A stretch of DNA of 64,000 bases, from NCBI RefSeq assembly GCF_009914755.1, contig NC_060929.1, one strand, 5' to 3'. Below the pieces are notes generated by a model that saw nothing but the letters and a program-made list of their open reading frames with translations, made no database searches and was not told the origin of the DNA. Within the stretch, counting starts at the first letter, position 1. Each line of letters opens with the position of its first letter. Shown piece by piece: positions 27,198 to 43,929 of the stretch. A program made the translations under genes and the position numbers. The stretch comes from the human T2T-CHM13v2.0 reference genome, Homo sapiens.

Positions 27198-27404
27198 ATA
27201 AAAGTCAGGTTAGAAGTCGAAGGGAAGTCAGGCTCAAATGAGGGGAAAACAAGATGACCAACCTGGAGAACCTGGAAGCATACATGGATTTCGTACACAT
27301 CAAGAATTTGGTAACAGTTATTGGAGAGTTTGAGCACCTGAGGAATATATCACTAATATTTAAAGGTAAGACAAAGATTCTCAGTCTTTCCAGATAAAAT
27401 TGAT

Positions 27405-27600
27405 TTTATCAGTTAGCTATTGATATGTAACAAGCTTCACCGAGAATTCAGTGGCTTAAGCAGTGAGCTTTTTTATTTTTCCTGAGTCTATGGGTCTGCT
27501 GGGAGATCTTCTGGTTCTGGTTGGGCTCACACATGCATCTACGATCAGCTGTGGGTCCAGTGGCCAGCTCTGAGGCTCTGAGCCAGGCTTTCTCAAGTAC
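27405..27600 (-). mobile_element. MLT1-type (MLT1H-like) LTR fragment
   Basis: TATCAGTTAGCTATTG...AGTGGCTTAAGCA...GGGCTCACACATGCATCT. Confidence 0.6.
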
Positions 27601-27636
27601 TTTGGGTAAATATCACAGAATACAAATTTACAATAC

Positions 27637-28363
<727 letters not shown>

Positions 28364-28773
28364 GATACCTTTTGATCTTAACTGCTACATTATAAAACAC
28401 AAGTTACTATTATTTATTACTAAAGTAGCAATCTATGGGAAGTATAATGGTTAGATTCTGTCTGTATTGTCACCCCAACCATTATTATGCTGTCAGAATA
28501 GCCAGCAACAGCAGTCACTCTTGGCAACACTAATTTATTCCTCTCAGTTAATAACTCTTATTTAAATGTTAGCTTCAAAATAACTTTGACCTTTTTCTAG
28601 GAACTAGCTGTTTGTCCAAAAATAATCATCTCTTTTTATATACTTCCTTTTGCCTAAATTGTACTTTTTGTTGTCACATAAACTCCTGTGATTCAAAATG
28701 TTCTTACTTTCTAAATTGACATTCACTCTCAGTCTTAAATTAATATTTCAGCAAATGTAACAATAGAACAAAG

Positions 28774-29000
28774 CACTAGCATTTACTGAGTGTCTACTAT
28801 GTACCAGGCACTGTCTTAGGTGCTATACATAAACTAACTCTTTCAATCTGCACAGTAACCATTTTCTGTAGACAAAGAAACTAGGGTACCCAAAGGATAA
28901 GTGACTCGCCCAAGGTCACTCAGCCAATACATGAGCTGGGATTCAAACCCCAGTAGTCTGACCTAGAACCCATGTTTCTAATCAATACACTATTGCCTCT
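28774..29000 (-). mobile_element. MIR
   Basis: ATTTACTGAGTGTCTACTATGTACCAGGCACTGT...AAGTGACTCGCCCAAGGTCAC...GGGATTCAAACCC. Confidence 0.85.
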
Positions 29001-29683
29001 GTAATGTTGAATAAATTATAGCAATACAATTTTTATTTTTTAATAATTATTATGAAGTTATGATTTCTTTATTAATGGAAAGTTAAATATAAGTACAGCC
29101 ATGTGGTTAAAAAATAGAAGATTTGTGATCACTTAGAAATTCAAAGACTGCTGACTTGGCTAATCAGAGAGAATATTAATTCCTTTCATTTGCCTTATAC
29201 AGCTATCACTGTAGGCAAAATACAAATTATTTAGTGTAATGGAATCCAATCTCTAGCTATAATAAACCATAACTTTGTTTCTGCAACATTGCTCTAATTG
29301 ACTCTGATCAAACATTTTTCAGTTATGTGGTGTTGTTAAGCTTGGAAGTTTTAACAAATTGAACTAAAAATGATATAAGTCAGGGGGGAAAAAGAAGCTA
29401 AAGTATGAGAAGCTACAGTTTTTATCAATAGTTCCATACCAGCATCTAATTAAGATGCAAAATTATCCTTTAAAAGAATGAGTTAATCAATTAAAAATTA
29501 ATGTGGGAGGTGAACAACGGCCACTGAGTCAGAAAGTTGGGTGTGGGGAGAATACATGGCAGCAAATTAACTTTTGAGAGAAGGAAAGTGTTTGTGTGAT
29601 AAATGCATATAAAAATATAAAACATATATAAAAAAACAAAACTCGCACAGTGATCATTTGAAAACTCATTTGCAAATAAATGA

Positions 29684-30428
<745 letters not shown>

Positions 30429-30518
30429 TATTTTTATATAATTGTTAAAACAAGCTTCTATTACAGTTTAACACCTATATGAAGACATAAATACTATCTA
30501 TACATTTCAATGCGTAAT

Positions 30519-30691
30519 CAGAAAGTGGTGGGAGGAGAGTGAGGATCAAAAAACTGTCTATTGGGTACTATGCTTATTACCTTGGGGATAAATAATCTGT
30601 ACACCAAACCCCCAAGACATGCAATTAACCTACATAACCAACCTGCACATGTATCCCTGAACCTGAAATAAAAGTTAAAAATAATAATAAA
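30519..30691 (+). mobile_element. L1PA15/16-like 3' terminal fragment
   Basis: GAGGATCAAAAAACTGTCTATTGGGTACTATGCTTATTACCT...AACCTGCACATGTATCCCTGAACCT. Confidence 0.85.
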
Positions 30692-30784
30692 CTGGAACAT
30701 CTACGTAACCATCACCAAAGGTAATGGCGATGGCCCTTAACACCACAGCACAGCTTGACCACCGCCACTGGAATGTTCTCATCC

Positions 30785-30960
30785 TTGTCTTTTGGTACAA
30801 CATATACCCATTTCTTTTGGGAATGGAATTGCTGGAGCATAAAAAATAATATGTGTAGTCACTTACATGGAGACTACCAAAGTGTTTTCCAAAGCAATTG
30901 TACCCATTTATACTCTATCCACAGAATCTGAGTCTCTGTTGCCCTTATTCAGATGTCATT
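30785..30960 (-). mobile_element. L1ME fragment
   Basis: GAATGGAATTGCTGG...GTTTTCCAAAGCAATTGTACC.ATTTATACTC. Confidence 0.65.
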
Positions 30961-31409
30961 TTGATTTTAACTAAATGACAACTTGATCACACCACATAGT
31001 AATAATCATATGCAGTTATTAATTATATTGATCTTTGACATCATCTATTCACCAACTGGTATGAAAGTATTTCATATTATAACAACCTATACAACCATAT
31101 TAGTGCAAAGTTGCTGAATATAAGCCTTGTCTTCCACTATAATGATGTCAAATGACTTTCAAATATATCTCACATTTTAGCTCAACAAATTCCAAGCTAT
31201 CCTTCCCAGTTTCATCAGCACTCTCAGCACTCTCATCAAGCAGAAATGCAAATCTTTCTTCCTGCTTCCCCTGCTATCTTCACACCTTAGTCCCTTCACT
31301 ATCTGCCTGTTGAGTTTTTCTTTGACATTCAACACACGAGGCTCCTCCACCACCTATGTATCACACATGGTGACCCAATTCTCCTGAACCACACTCTATC
31401 ACCTGTCAC

Positions 31410-31745
31410 TCACTTATTCATTGGCTCCAACAATAGCCATTTGTGCCACATTTACCATGTGCTTGTTACCAGGCTGCCACTAAGGACAAAGGCGAACAAA
31501 GCATGGACCCTGTCCTCGAGGAGCTCACAGGGAGAAACAGACATGTCAATGAACAAGTGCAATCTGTTATAATAAGCATAACTAGAAAAGTGGAAAAATA
31601 GATGGACATAACACAGGCGTAAGAAAGCGAGGGGTCAATTTGCCTGACAAGAAAAGACAATGGATAGAATTTTGCGTGGAATCTCCAAAGCTAAGCAGGG
31701 TACTCCAGGAAAGCAGGTGGGGAGTAGGCAGGACAGCAGGGCCAC
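31410..31745 (-). mobile_element. L2 3' fragment
   Basis: CATGGACCCTGTCCTCGAGGAGCTCACAG..GAAACAGACATG. Confidence 0.65.
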
Positions 31746-31775
31746 AGGAGCACTCCCATCAAGACCCTCCCAGTC

Positions 31776-33040
31776 CTATACAGACCTAGGAACTCAGTAC
31801 CAGGTTTAATAAGCAGCCCCGCTGAGAGCACCAGGGAGGCAGGCAGCTACCGAAAGGGGGTTGGGGCTTGCAGGGGACTGCTCAGGGTACATTTTCTGGT
31901 TGCCTCTTTTACTCTGAGTGTAGGCCCCCATCTGCACCATGCCCTTCCTGCCCAGATCCTCTTTCCCCTCCACCCCTCACATCAGGAGTAGCTTTGTCAA
32001 GAGCTCCTTCACTGCTCAGCCCTCTCACGGGAGCTGCCATGGCCGCTGCCTGACTCTGAAACACCCCTGAAGCCCTCCTTTTCTCCTCTTACTCTAGTTC
32101 TACTAGAAAGCCTTAACAGTCACAAAGAGTGCATCTCCAAAAAAAATTATTCAACCTTGCCTACGTTTTCTCTGTCAAGTCACTTCCCCAAAGCCCCAAA
32201 GACTTGAAGTGATCTGCTAATTCCCAAGCTCCTACGAAATAAGGAAAGGCTTCTGCTATCCCGGACCCAACACAGCCTGCTGAACTATTTTAAAAATTAA
32301 TCAATCCGTAATGCATGTATGAAGAGCCTTCTGCCTAAAGCACGCAGATTGCAGGGGGAGCATTTCACAGGGTGGACCCAAAGCTGTGTGCAACGGTGAG
32401 GAAAGGGCATGCTGTCATTCCCCCAAAAGTCCCAGATTTCACAAGCTTACAGTCTGATTAGGAGAATAGACATGAATCAGATTTCCAGAAATAAACAGCA
32501 AATTACAACTAGGATAAATGCTCCAAAGGAAACATCCATGGTGCTAACAGTGGACAGGGAGGGGATGACTCACAGAGGAGGCAAGGGTGACCACATGAGG
32601 GTGGGTGGGGGAGGAGTGAGCAGTGAGAGGAGCCCAAGCAAGGATAATGCCAAGATAGCAGAAGACAGATGGCATCTTCCAGGAAGGGAAATTAGGTGAA
32701 TGTGATCAAAATGAGGCATATTCAGAGAAACATTTCAGAGGGGATGAGGATGGAGGACTACTTAAGAGTTATGCAGAAGCCTGAAGGCCAACTTGAGCAT
32801 TTAAGATTTGAGTTTGCACTCCCAGTAATGGCTAAGTATCTGCTATGAGAGCAACCATTCTCAGACTATTTCTTAAAAACACCCTTAAACTATACAGACC
32901 TATAAACTCAGTATTAGATTTAATAAGCAGCACCAGGGAGGCAGGCAGCTACTGAAAGGGGGTCGGAGCTTGCAGGGGAATGCTCAGGGTACATTTCTGG
33001 TTGTCTTCCTTTACTCTGAGTGCCCCCATCTGCACCATGC
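31776..33040 (+). repeat. Dispersed direct duplication: 31776-31942 and 32890-33040
   Basis: Hand alignment gives ~11 substitutions and 4 indels over ~150 aligned bp. Confidence 0.95.
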
Positions 33041-33369
33041 TGGAGCAGATGAAAATGTGCAGTCTTACTGTACTGATGATGGAGGGACAGGTACGGCAGC
33101 CCTAGTAACTGAAAGGAAAGCAGGATGTCTGGTAGGGAGAAGGAGAGTCCCAAATTCTGTGGATGGATCCTGCTCATGTATCTGGCTGACGTAGGACCAC
33201 ACATGCACAGGGTAGACTCCAGGCAGCCCAGCTATGGCTAAAAATACCTTTTGGGCTGCTGTGATCCACTGGGAAAATACTGTTTCCATTTTGAGTTAAG
33301 CTGTTGAGTTTACAGTTGAATTAAAGCATTACAGCGGGGGTTTTTTGCTCACTGTTTTTTATTGGTGGC

Positions 33370-34000
33370 GGGGGGTAACCAGATTTGCATGTTTGCATTT
33401 TCAGATAGTGCTTCTGACTTTATTGTGTGGAGCAGATTGTGCTGGGGCAACAGTGATGTAACCAGACATCAGGAGGCTGCCAAAGGCCCCTCATGTGAGA
33501 GGTCATGGAGCCTCACAGGACTGGGTCAGAAGGGGCAGAGTCTGAAAGAAGTGGATACCAAGTCATCAGAGCTGGGGTGGGGATCCAACCCAGGCTGACG
33601 AAGCAAGAGAGCCAACAAGGACTCCGTGGTCTCAGACCTGAAACCAGAATAGCCATGACATTTGTGATGATATGCAAGCTGGGAGAAAGACCAGGCTTGG
33701 TGGGGAGCGTGAGTGGCTTTCTGGCAGCAGAGTGTAAGGTATATTGAGATACCAAGTAAAATGTCGGGTGGGCTGATTCACACGGAAGTTAGAGAGCGGT
33801 CGGGGCTAAAGATATAAATCTACAAGACAACTGGGTTTAAGGAGTAATGAAGCTGTGGGTGTGAGTGGGATCCCCTAAGGATAAAATATAGGGTAAAAAG
33901 AAAAAGGGACTCGGGATCCAGCCTTCAGAAGAAATCCCACAGTTTTCATGAACAAGTTGAGTTGGAGACACCTGCAGAGAAGCTAGAAAAGGCAAGGTAA
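33370..34000 (-). mobile_element. L2 fragments
   Basis: GGGGCTAAAGATATAAAT...TGAAGCTGTGGGTGTGAGTGGGATCCCCTAAGGA. Confidence 0.6.
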
Positions 34001-34762
34001 AAAGAAACCAGAACCTTTGTGTTCTCTCAAAAAGGCCGCCTACGTGATGGTTAAGAGCATAAAACTTCTGACATTCTATAAGCCTCAATTCAAATACTTC
34101 GTCAATATGTCCACCCATGACCTCACACTTTCCTGCTCTAACACTTAACCCTGATATTCCCCCTAGAACCTACTACTCCTGCCTAGCCCTTCCTCCTCCG
34201 CCTCACATCTCAGGGTCTTGCAGCTTCTGTAGGTCCCCTATCTGTTCTCACTTTGTAATCATTATTATCTTTTCTCCTCCCCAGCTTTCCAACCCCATTA
34301 TATATATCATTGTAGGGCTCATGTTGCCATCCTAAAGTAACAAAGACTATTACACAGTATCCTTAAAAACATAATTTTACAGTCTGATTTGTTCTCTTAA
34401 AAGGGACATAAAAGAGTATTTGAAATCAGCAAGACTGAAGCTCTACAAAGACTGATATTTTAAACATGTAAGTGTCCATGTAAACTAATCATTTTTAGTG
34501 GGCCTCACTTTACATTATTTGTTTCCTTTTGTCAATTCGATATTTAAATGACTGACTAGTGAAATTTCTTGACCCTGTTTTTAAGGGCCACTGTGACCTA
34601 CTTATAACCACGTGTCAACTTTAACACCGGATTCCAAAAACAAGGCACAATGTGAGATGAAATGATAATCAAAGTGGATTACTGGAGGTTTGCTTGGAAT
34701 CCTGGTCTTCCATGTGGACATCGTTTTTTGGGGACAGCATCTGGGGCTTCCTTCTGCTACCA

Positions 34763-35300
34763 CAACCATCCTCAAAGTATAGTCTGGAGACCTCGGTAGG
34801 TGCCCATGGCCTTTTTAAGGGTCCACAAATTCAAACCTAATAACATGAAGTCATTATGTGGCTTTTAAAATCTCATTCTCTCTCTAGTCTACCTCAGAGT
34901 TTTGATACAGTATCAAAGAAGACTATTCATAATTATCTAAAAAGAAAGCCAACATTAAAATGCATGCCCCTTTTCCAGCCACACATCTGGAAAACAGCAA
35001 ATCACAACAGACTGAATACAGAAGCAGATGTAAGCAGGCAGCCATCTTCTATTAAGCAGGACGTTAAAGAGCTATGCAAAAATGTAAAACAATGCCAATC
35101 TCTCATTTCATGTTCTTTCATTTTGGGAAAAAAAAATTTTCATAAAAAGATATTGTTCATTTAGCATGTAATAGATGTACTATTTTTGTCTTTAGTGAAT
35201 TATTAAATACTTTTTAAATTTAATTCCTAACATGGTAAGTATCTGCCAACATAACTCACATAAGCAAAGCTCTTTGGGGCCAGGAGACACATGAGTACTT
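34763..35300. mobile_element. Charlie1-type hAT DNA transposon fragment
   Basis: CACAACAGACTGAATACAGAAGCAGATG...TCTTCTATTAAGC.GGACGTTAAAGAG..ATGCAAAAATGTAAAACAATGCCA. Confidence 0.8.
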
Positions 35301-36769
35301 TGGATCCCATGCACAGAGTATGGGTTCCAAAGGTGGCTGGGGGAGGGCTCAGCATTGGCCCTCCCTCTGCTAAGCCTGCTTGCCCACAAAGTGTACCTAC
35401 TTCTAGGTGGCTGCTATGACCCCAGAATCCAAAAAGTAAATTGAGCAAAAGCCCCCAGCCCACAGTGTTTCCTCTGCCCATATAACATGCCTCTCATTCT
35501 CTGCAGATGGAAGCCCAGAGAACAGATATTAGACCAGGACTCGTATTACACCCAGTACCCATCAGGGCAGTTGGACAGTGGCTAGAATATTAAAGAACTT
35601 CTGTACCCCAAGCCACCAAAGCACTTCATGACCACTCCAGCTCCTGCCCAACAACTCACAATCATACTTGACCCCTTCTGCAAATAAAAGGGATAGAGCT
35701 TGGCAGGCTGACCCCAGTGCATCCTACCTAACCACCTCTAGCTTCCCCAGGACCCCATGGGCTGGCCCAAGCCCTCCCCTCCCTCATAGCCCACCTTAGG
35801 TTCTGCTCTTTTTCTTATATATTTAAAGTTTCACCCTTCCCCATCAGAACCCATATGGGCCCCAACACACACACCCCAACCCTCTCCCTTTATTCCTCTC
35901 CCCACAATCCCTTTGACCCAGGAGGGGCAGATTTAGGGGGTTTTATTTCTTTACTTTTTATCCTCTTCCTAATGTAGAGCAGCCAGCCTCTTGCCTAGAT
36001 ATCAAAGCAGAAGGGCCATCCTTGTAGGCTGCAGAAGACATTCTGATCTGAGTACGCTGGGCTCAGTCTTTGAAATGCCACATGAATTTCAGATCTACTC
36101 TTCTTCCCATGCCATAGCCTAACAACTTTATTACTAGTTTCTCAAGCTTTGTAGAACTCTTGCCCCCAAAAGTTCCTGGGGGTTATCATGTTTTTCTTCC
36201 CATTCCTTCCTTTCCAATTACATCATTTTAAGGCCAGTGATTATTAGACTTTGCCTCACCTTAGAATTTCCCAGGGAACTTCAGGTGTCTAGTTGAGCTG
36301 GTGTCCAGGTTGAGCCCTGAACCAACTACATAACAACCTCAGGATGGGACCCAGGGTTCAAGAGTGTTTCATGCTCTCTGGAGATGCCGCTATGCTGCCA
36401 AGACTGAGAACCAGTTATCTAGGCTGGATATTTAGGCATGTCTTCTTGATTCCCTGCACTTGACCCCCCTCCACTGACCCATATTTAGAACTGTCTGCGG
36501 AAAAGCGCCTCTTATGCCCATTCTTTCCATTGGAACTTCCCCTCCCTGAATGAATGGGCTGATAGAAGAAGCAGGCTATGAGTCAAGTACAAGAGTATTA
36601 CACTCAAAACAAACAAAAAAACAAAAAAGCAGCCCTTCTTCAAGAGACACAAGCCCATTTCTATTCCCTTATCTTTTCACAGACCAAGTATCCCTGCATT
36701 CATTTGCCCTTGTGGTCACTCTCAGGAGAGTGCAGGGCAGATCTGACCACTGATCATGCACCAGACAAA

Positions 36770-36925
36770 GCCACATGTCCCACAAAAGAACCCCTGGAAG
36801 CTTTATAAACTACCAATGACTGCACCGCTACCAAAACCAAGTCACTCCAGCTTTCTGGGATAGGGTCCTGGCAGCAATATTTTTAAGGTTCCCCCAATAA
36901 TTCTTACATGCAACCAGAGAGAAGG
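36770..36925. mobile_element. MER5-like fragment
   Basis: TTTCTGGGATAGGGTCCTGGCA...TTTTTAAGGTTCCCC..TAATTCTTACATGCAACCAG. Confidence 0.55.
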
Positions 36926-37003
36926 GCTCAGGGAATCTTTGCAAGTCCAGCCTTCTTCCTTCTTCCCCTACAAATATCTGGGTGATGTCTTGGTTGCCCC
37001 AGC

Positions 37004-37093
37004 TTTTTTTTTTTTTTTTTGGAGACAGAGTCTCAGATGCCCAGGCTGGAGTGCAGTGGTGTGATCTTGGCTCAGTGCAACCTCCACCTCCCG
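37004..37093 (-). mobile_element. Truncated Alu (3' ~75 bp plus tail)
   Basis: Poly-T then GAGACAGAGTCTC..GCCCAGGCTGGAGTGCAGTGG; similarity stops at CCACCTCCC. Confidence 0.9.
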
Positions 37094-37739
37094 TGGCCGG
37101 GCTTTCTAGTCCATGTTTTCTTTTGTCCATTATCTTGTATATCACCTGGGCCACCTGTGCTTCTGTCCATGAGTCTTTCAGTCTGTTCTGCCTCATTCCA
37201 AAGCCCAGCCCAGACTCCTATCTCCGACTTCTTCGCTCAGATGGTTGTTGGTCTTAAATGAGAAGTACCTAGAGCCCAAGGGATGACAGCACTCATTCAA
37301 CTGTGTTTTCTAATTGGGCTGGTCAAACGGTCCACTTCAAAATTTTTTTTAAGTTAGTAAATGCCTTTTTTACTGAAAAAGTAATACATACTTGTAATAA
37401 AAAAAATTCCAACAGCAAAAGTGTATTACAACAACGTAATCTCCTTCTACTTCAGTTCCCTATCCCCCCTCTCCCCTCAGAGAGAAGGACTTCTATGCAA
37501 ATACCTGTTCACTTTTGTACATCTATCCTGAGGGGCTGGTCTACTTTGCAGAAACAACATAGATTCTTGTGATCTGTCTACTGAATAAGACTCTGTGGGA
37601 GGAAAAAGGAGGAAGGTCCCATGAATCTACCTTTAAAGACTGCTCAGGTGGTCAAAGGTTGGATGGGTGTGAGAACTGCTGCCAAAACACAGTACCTAAC
37701 ATGGCCTTTAGGCTTTTAGGGAACTTGGAAATATGATAA

Positions 37740-38474
<735 letters not shown>

Positions 38475-40975
38475 GTAAGTTAGTTCTATCCTGGTCACCT
38501 AGAGATGCTAAGGAAGGCTATAAACAGATTTATAGACATTGGAGACTCCTAAAATGAGGTCATCAGCCCCAAGGCCATGGGGCCCCTTTGCAGGTGAAAC
38601 CACTTCACAGCAGGTTTCTTTGTGTGGTTCAGTTGGTAAATTTTTGGCCAAGATACAAAGCAAAGGTTGCCTTATACCAACTTCTACCCAGCATAGTGAG
38701 AATGAGGTTTTCAGGCTTTCTGGATGAGGTTTAGCATTTCTCTAAAATTTAAAACATGAATGCCAGAAAGTGGTACACATACACATCTAACATAACTGGA
38801 GAAGACCATGTGGTGGTAGGGAGGCTTCCTGATGAACAAGTATAGCTGCAACTGACAAAGAACTGTCTGAGTAGCCCAGTGCAGCAAGTTCAGCTCACTC
38901 TCTACCTTATACCAAAGCCCTCGGCTTTCTCATGCCTAAGCACATGTCACTGCGTGTGTGTGAAGGGGGGTGATGGGGGAGAAGGAAGGGATTAAGGCAG
39001 TATGGCTTCTGCAGAAGAGCTGGGACTGCAAAACCAGTGCCTTCTGATGGAAAGCCAACACATGAGGAGGAGACACCTGGTTTCTTCCTGCTTTGAAAGT
39101 GGACCTGGCTTTGATCAATAAGCTATTACAAATATGATGCACAGTTGTGAGAGAAAATAACTTCTGTTTCAGAGGAAATGGCACAGATGAAGGGACCGCC
39201 ATTGCCTTTGAAAGTCAATACCACCCCCTGTAGTGATGTAGCAGCCACAGCCATATGCAATCACTGTGGCTGAGCTGGGCAGCAGGCAGTCTGCTGATTA
39301 CTGGAATAGCGCTGCCTCAAAAAGCCTGCAGAGGCGAGGCTTCCTTTTGAATCAGTGCAATGGTCAACAGAGAGGTCTTTCTTTTTTCTTTTCTTATCCT
39401 TTTCTGCCTAAACTCTAGAAGCGGACAATAACCATCAGAGATCTGTTCTGTTACAAATCCAATATATGCAGTCTGCCCTTCTGGGCACTCTATCAACAGA
39501 TCTGCCCCAGCCCACCAATCTTAAATCACACTGTCTACAATGCTCTCAAAAATATTTTATCACAGACAGTGCAATATTCTGTGTGTGCCTTTCCACTGAA
39601 ATTATAATTCTAGAGGCATCAGTTGCCCTAATAAGAAACAGAGAGTCCAGCTGTAATCTGATGGAGTTACAGTCAAGAAGCCATTGCTTTGTAAAGCTGA
39701 TATGAACGCATCTGAATTTCAACCTCCAACCTGTACTGTGATTATTAGCACATCCAGGGTTAGGGATGGGTCTTTACTGGTGAAAACAGTGGCCTCTAAA
39801 ACGTCTATGATGAATGTTATAACTAGCTTCTTAGTGTGAAGTTAAAGCTATCCAAGACATGGGTATTGGTGAAAATATTTTAGAGTTACCCCAACCCTTA
39901 TACAAGGTATATGGATCCTGAGAGACCTGTTAGCTTCCCCGCCTCCCCAAGCAACTTGGGTCTAGCCACCAAGGTGAGAGGTTTCTGCCTATCAGAGGGT
40001 GACCACAAAACACAGAGAACTGGGACTTCACGAATCTTACAGAACTGGTTGGATTATCTCTCGTGTCTTTTGCTAATAGTATTTGTTTAGTAAATGTCCA
40101 TATGGGTAGCAGAATTTGGTTTGGGACTGGCTTTCTTTAAACTGGCATTTGAGGTTACAGGAGAATGGCTAAACCTCAGCCACCTTTCATTTTTTGGAGG
40201 CTACATTTTATACCAAAAAGAACCTAATTGGTTTAGGTCAGTTTAGAAAACGTATCCATCATTATTCTCCAGACGGGCTGAAGCTCTGTGAGCCTTGTCT
40301 CTGTTACTTGTCCTCCCTTCTCTAACCGCCGACCCAAACCGCCGACCCAAATTCTAGACCTCCCTCAGGGTTCAGCCACTTGAAGATCATTTCCACTTGA
40401 AGAACACTTTCTATGGAAAGTATTCCTCACCTAATGGCTTTACTTTGTGCCCCAAAAACAAGGGCTAAAGAAATCACGCTAGACTTTATCCACTTTGCCA
40501 TGCCTGTTTGGCAATGTTGTTTAGGTCTTAACACTTCATGCCTATATTCTAAGTCCTTGCAAGGCAAGGACCTCATTTGCCACACTAGTTAATTATTTTG
40601 TATCTCCCCAAGCAATAAATCCAATCCCATGAACACAGCAGGACTTGCTAAATGCACCCACTGCTTCTGCATCTACTGTGTGCATGACAACTTTGGGGCT
40701 AAGAAGGGAGACAACAATTTGGCTCCGATCCCCAAGAAGTCATCCAGGAGAAGAGAATGAATGTCGATGGTTCAGAGAGGCAAGTCTCTTAGCCTCTGCA
40801 CTCAAGCATTTTACCATGAAAACATCTGTGTTATGTAATTTCTAGGGCACCAGGAAAAATGGCTACTTACCCAGAAGACTAAGGATGATCTTAACTTTTC
40901 CTCCAGCTAATTATTTAAAGGGATGTAACATGAGGTTTTCTTAAAACAAAACAAAACAAAATAACAGCTAGATAT

Positions 40976-41326
<351 letters not shown>

Positions 41327-42323
41327 CTACTGTGTGTGTAAGTTTAGGCTAACCGCACGTCTATACCCAGAACTTAGGCACTGGCTGTTTTTGACTTCAA
41401 TAACTTTCCTGAAATGACAAAGTAGGCATGTATTATATCTTTGCCTAAAGACAACTTTTATGAGATCATACATTCCCATTCTTGGGAGGGTTCTTTCTTT
41501 TTTCTTTTTGCTGAATTAACATTTGAAAGAAGAAGTCATTTGGTTTTATTAAGCATGATTCTTCTACTTTGGTAGACTAAGCAGTTCAAAATGTACTAGG
41601 AAGATGATGAAAGCAACTAAACAATTTATCTGAAGAGAAAGATAAAATTACTAAGAGCCTGCAGATTAAAGAACACATTTTCTGTTTTAGATTGATATAT
41701 AAACACAACACTTAAAGAGGAAACATGAGCCAAGGACGCATCTTCAATACAGTCCCTCAAATTTTAACTTTAATTAATCCTCCGAATTTCATAACAATGT
41801 ATTTTCTAATGACACGGGGACTCACTTCGGAATTCTAAGTAAGACTGTTACTGTTCCCAACGCATCCTTGTGTTCCTAATGACTAAGCTTTAAACTATTA
41901 ATACATATCTTAGGTTAATTAAGTGGGCTAATTTTCCTTGCCTAATAATTGTTCACGATAATCTAACACTGTTTAAGCTCCAAAATAACCATCTTTGAAA
42001 AATATACATCCTTAAGTGTGTCTCCTCCTATTATCAGTGGGGAAAATGTGACAGTAAATTACTGAGTAGGAAGTACAGAATTCCCAAATACAAAGGGGCC
42101 CAGATTTTAAAGTACTTCCAATTTTATGGCACAATAATCTAATCTTATCCTCACAAAGCCTCCTCATCTCCTGGCTCCAAGATCAGAGGAAATTCTTTAA
42201 GAGAGAGGGACGAGGTAGAAGCCGTGTGTACGTGGTTTTGAGACCTTCCCTAAGCTAGGCCTATTCCTGCTGGCCTCTAGTTATGAGAAAGAACACTGAG
42301 GCCTCTCGCACATGGCTTTGCCA

Positions 42324-42337
42324 CCACCAGATGGCAC
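42324..42337 (+). promoter_or_regulatory. Candidate CTCF core motif
   Basis: CCACCAGATGGCAC fits CCASYAGRKGGCRS at all 14 positions, in non-repeat DNA. Confidence 0.4.
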
Positions 42338-43161
42338 ATCACCATGAAAGCAGGTTACAGACAGAATTCTGCCACAGAAATCAATGTTTCTTGGCAAGCA
42401 GTCATGAAACAATCTGTTCCTAGAAACTCTGCAAGGTCCCAGGTCTTGGCCACTTAGAAACTCCTCAAGTCCCTTGCATGATCAGGACACAGAATTCCCA
42501 ATTAAGAGGCAGGAAGCAAAACAACAGAGAGCCCTAGATGAAGGGCAATACTCTAAAGGAGAACATGTAGCAGCTGGGCCCTCCAGATTCCTGCACCCCT
42601 GTCCACAGACAGGCAGAGGGGCCTGGACAGGGATTAACCAACCCACAATATTCCAACGATCATGCGCACCACCCATTTCTTTCAATAAAACTTATCTGCA
42701 ATAATCCTCATGCTAATTAACAATTATCTAGTGCAGACATTTACAGATGGAGGTCGTTGAAGACGGGAAGTGGACATGGAACTGCGAATTCTTGTTGGCT
42801 ATCTTTAAAATGCTAACCGTGCCTACCATTGGAATGTGTATTTCTCTTTTGGACACTATAAATGCCAACTAACCACCCTTAGGACATAGAGTGAAACTAG
42901 CCCACACATATAAATATTTTACACCATCTATACTAAAATATTTTAGAGGAAAATTATAGACAGACAACAGTATGAGCTTAAGGATGGAGTCGGCACTCAG
43001 GATGTATGACCACCAGAGGAGTTCAGAGGGACAGGAGTGACTACTGTCTTCATTTCTCCATTCCACTCTCTCTTATACAGCCCAAGTTTTCTGAAATAGT
43101 ATACCAAGGGGAACTTCTTTCCCTCTCAATTTGAACACAAGACAGCAAAATAGCTAAAGGT

Positions 43162-43580
<419 letters not shown>

Positions 43581-43929
43581 CTAGAAAAGACACATAATTG
43601 CCTTATAATCTTACAGAACCTCTATTTGAGCAACAAAGTTGAGATGTCCCAATGGAGTCCAGTTGGTGATTACATCATTAGAAGGTGGTTCCCAGCCTGT
43701 GGTCCGGTCCCCAAATGAATCAATCGATTTGGTTGTTCCCAGTTTTTTTCTATTACAAATAAAGCTGAATCATACAAGATTTGGAGTGAAGATAAGTCTC
43801 CATTTCTCTAAGATAAATGCCCAAAAGTGCATTCGCTTGGTCATATGGTAAGGAAATGTTTAGTTTCATAAGGGCAGTCATGCAAGACAGAAGTAGGCAG
43901 AATTCAGAGAGGCAGAATTGTATACTGGG

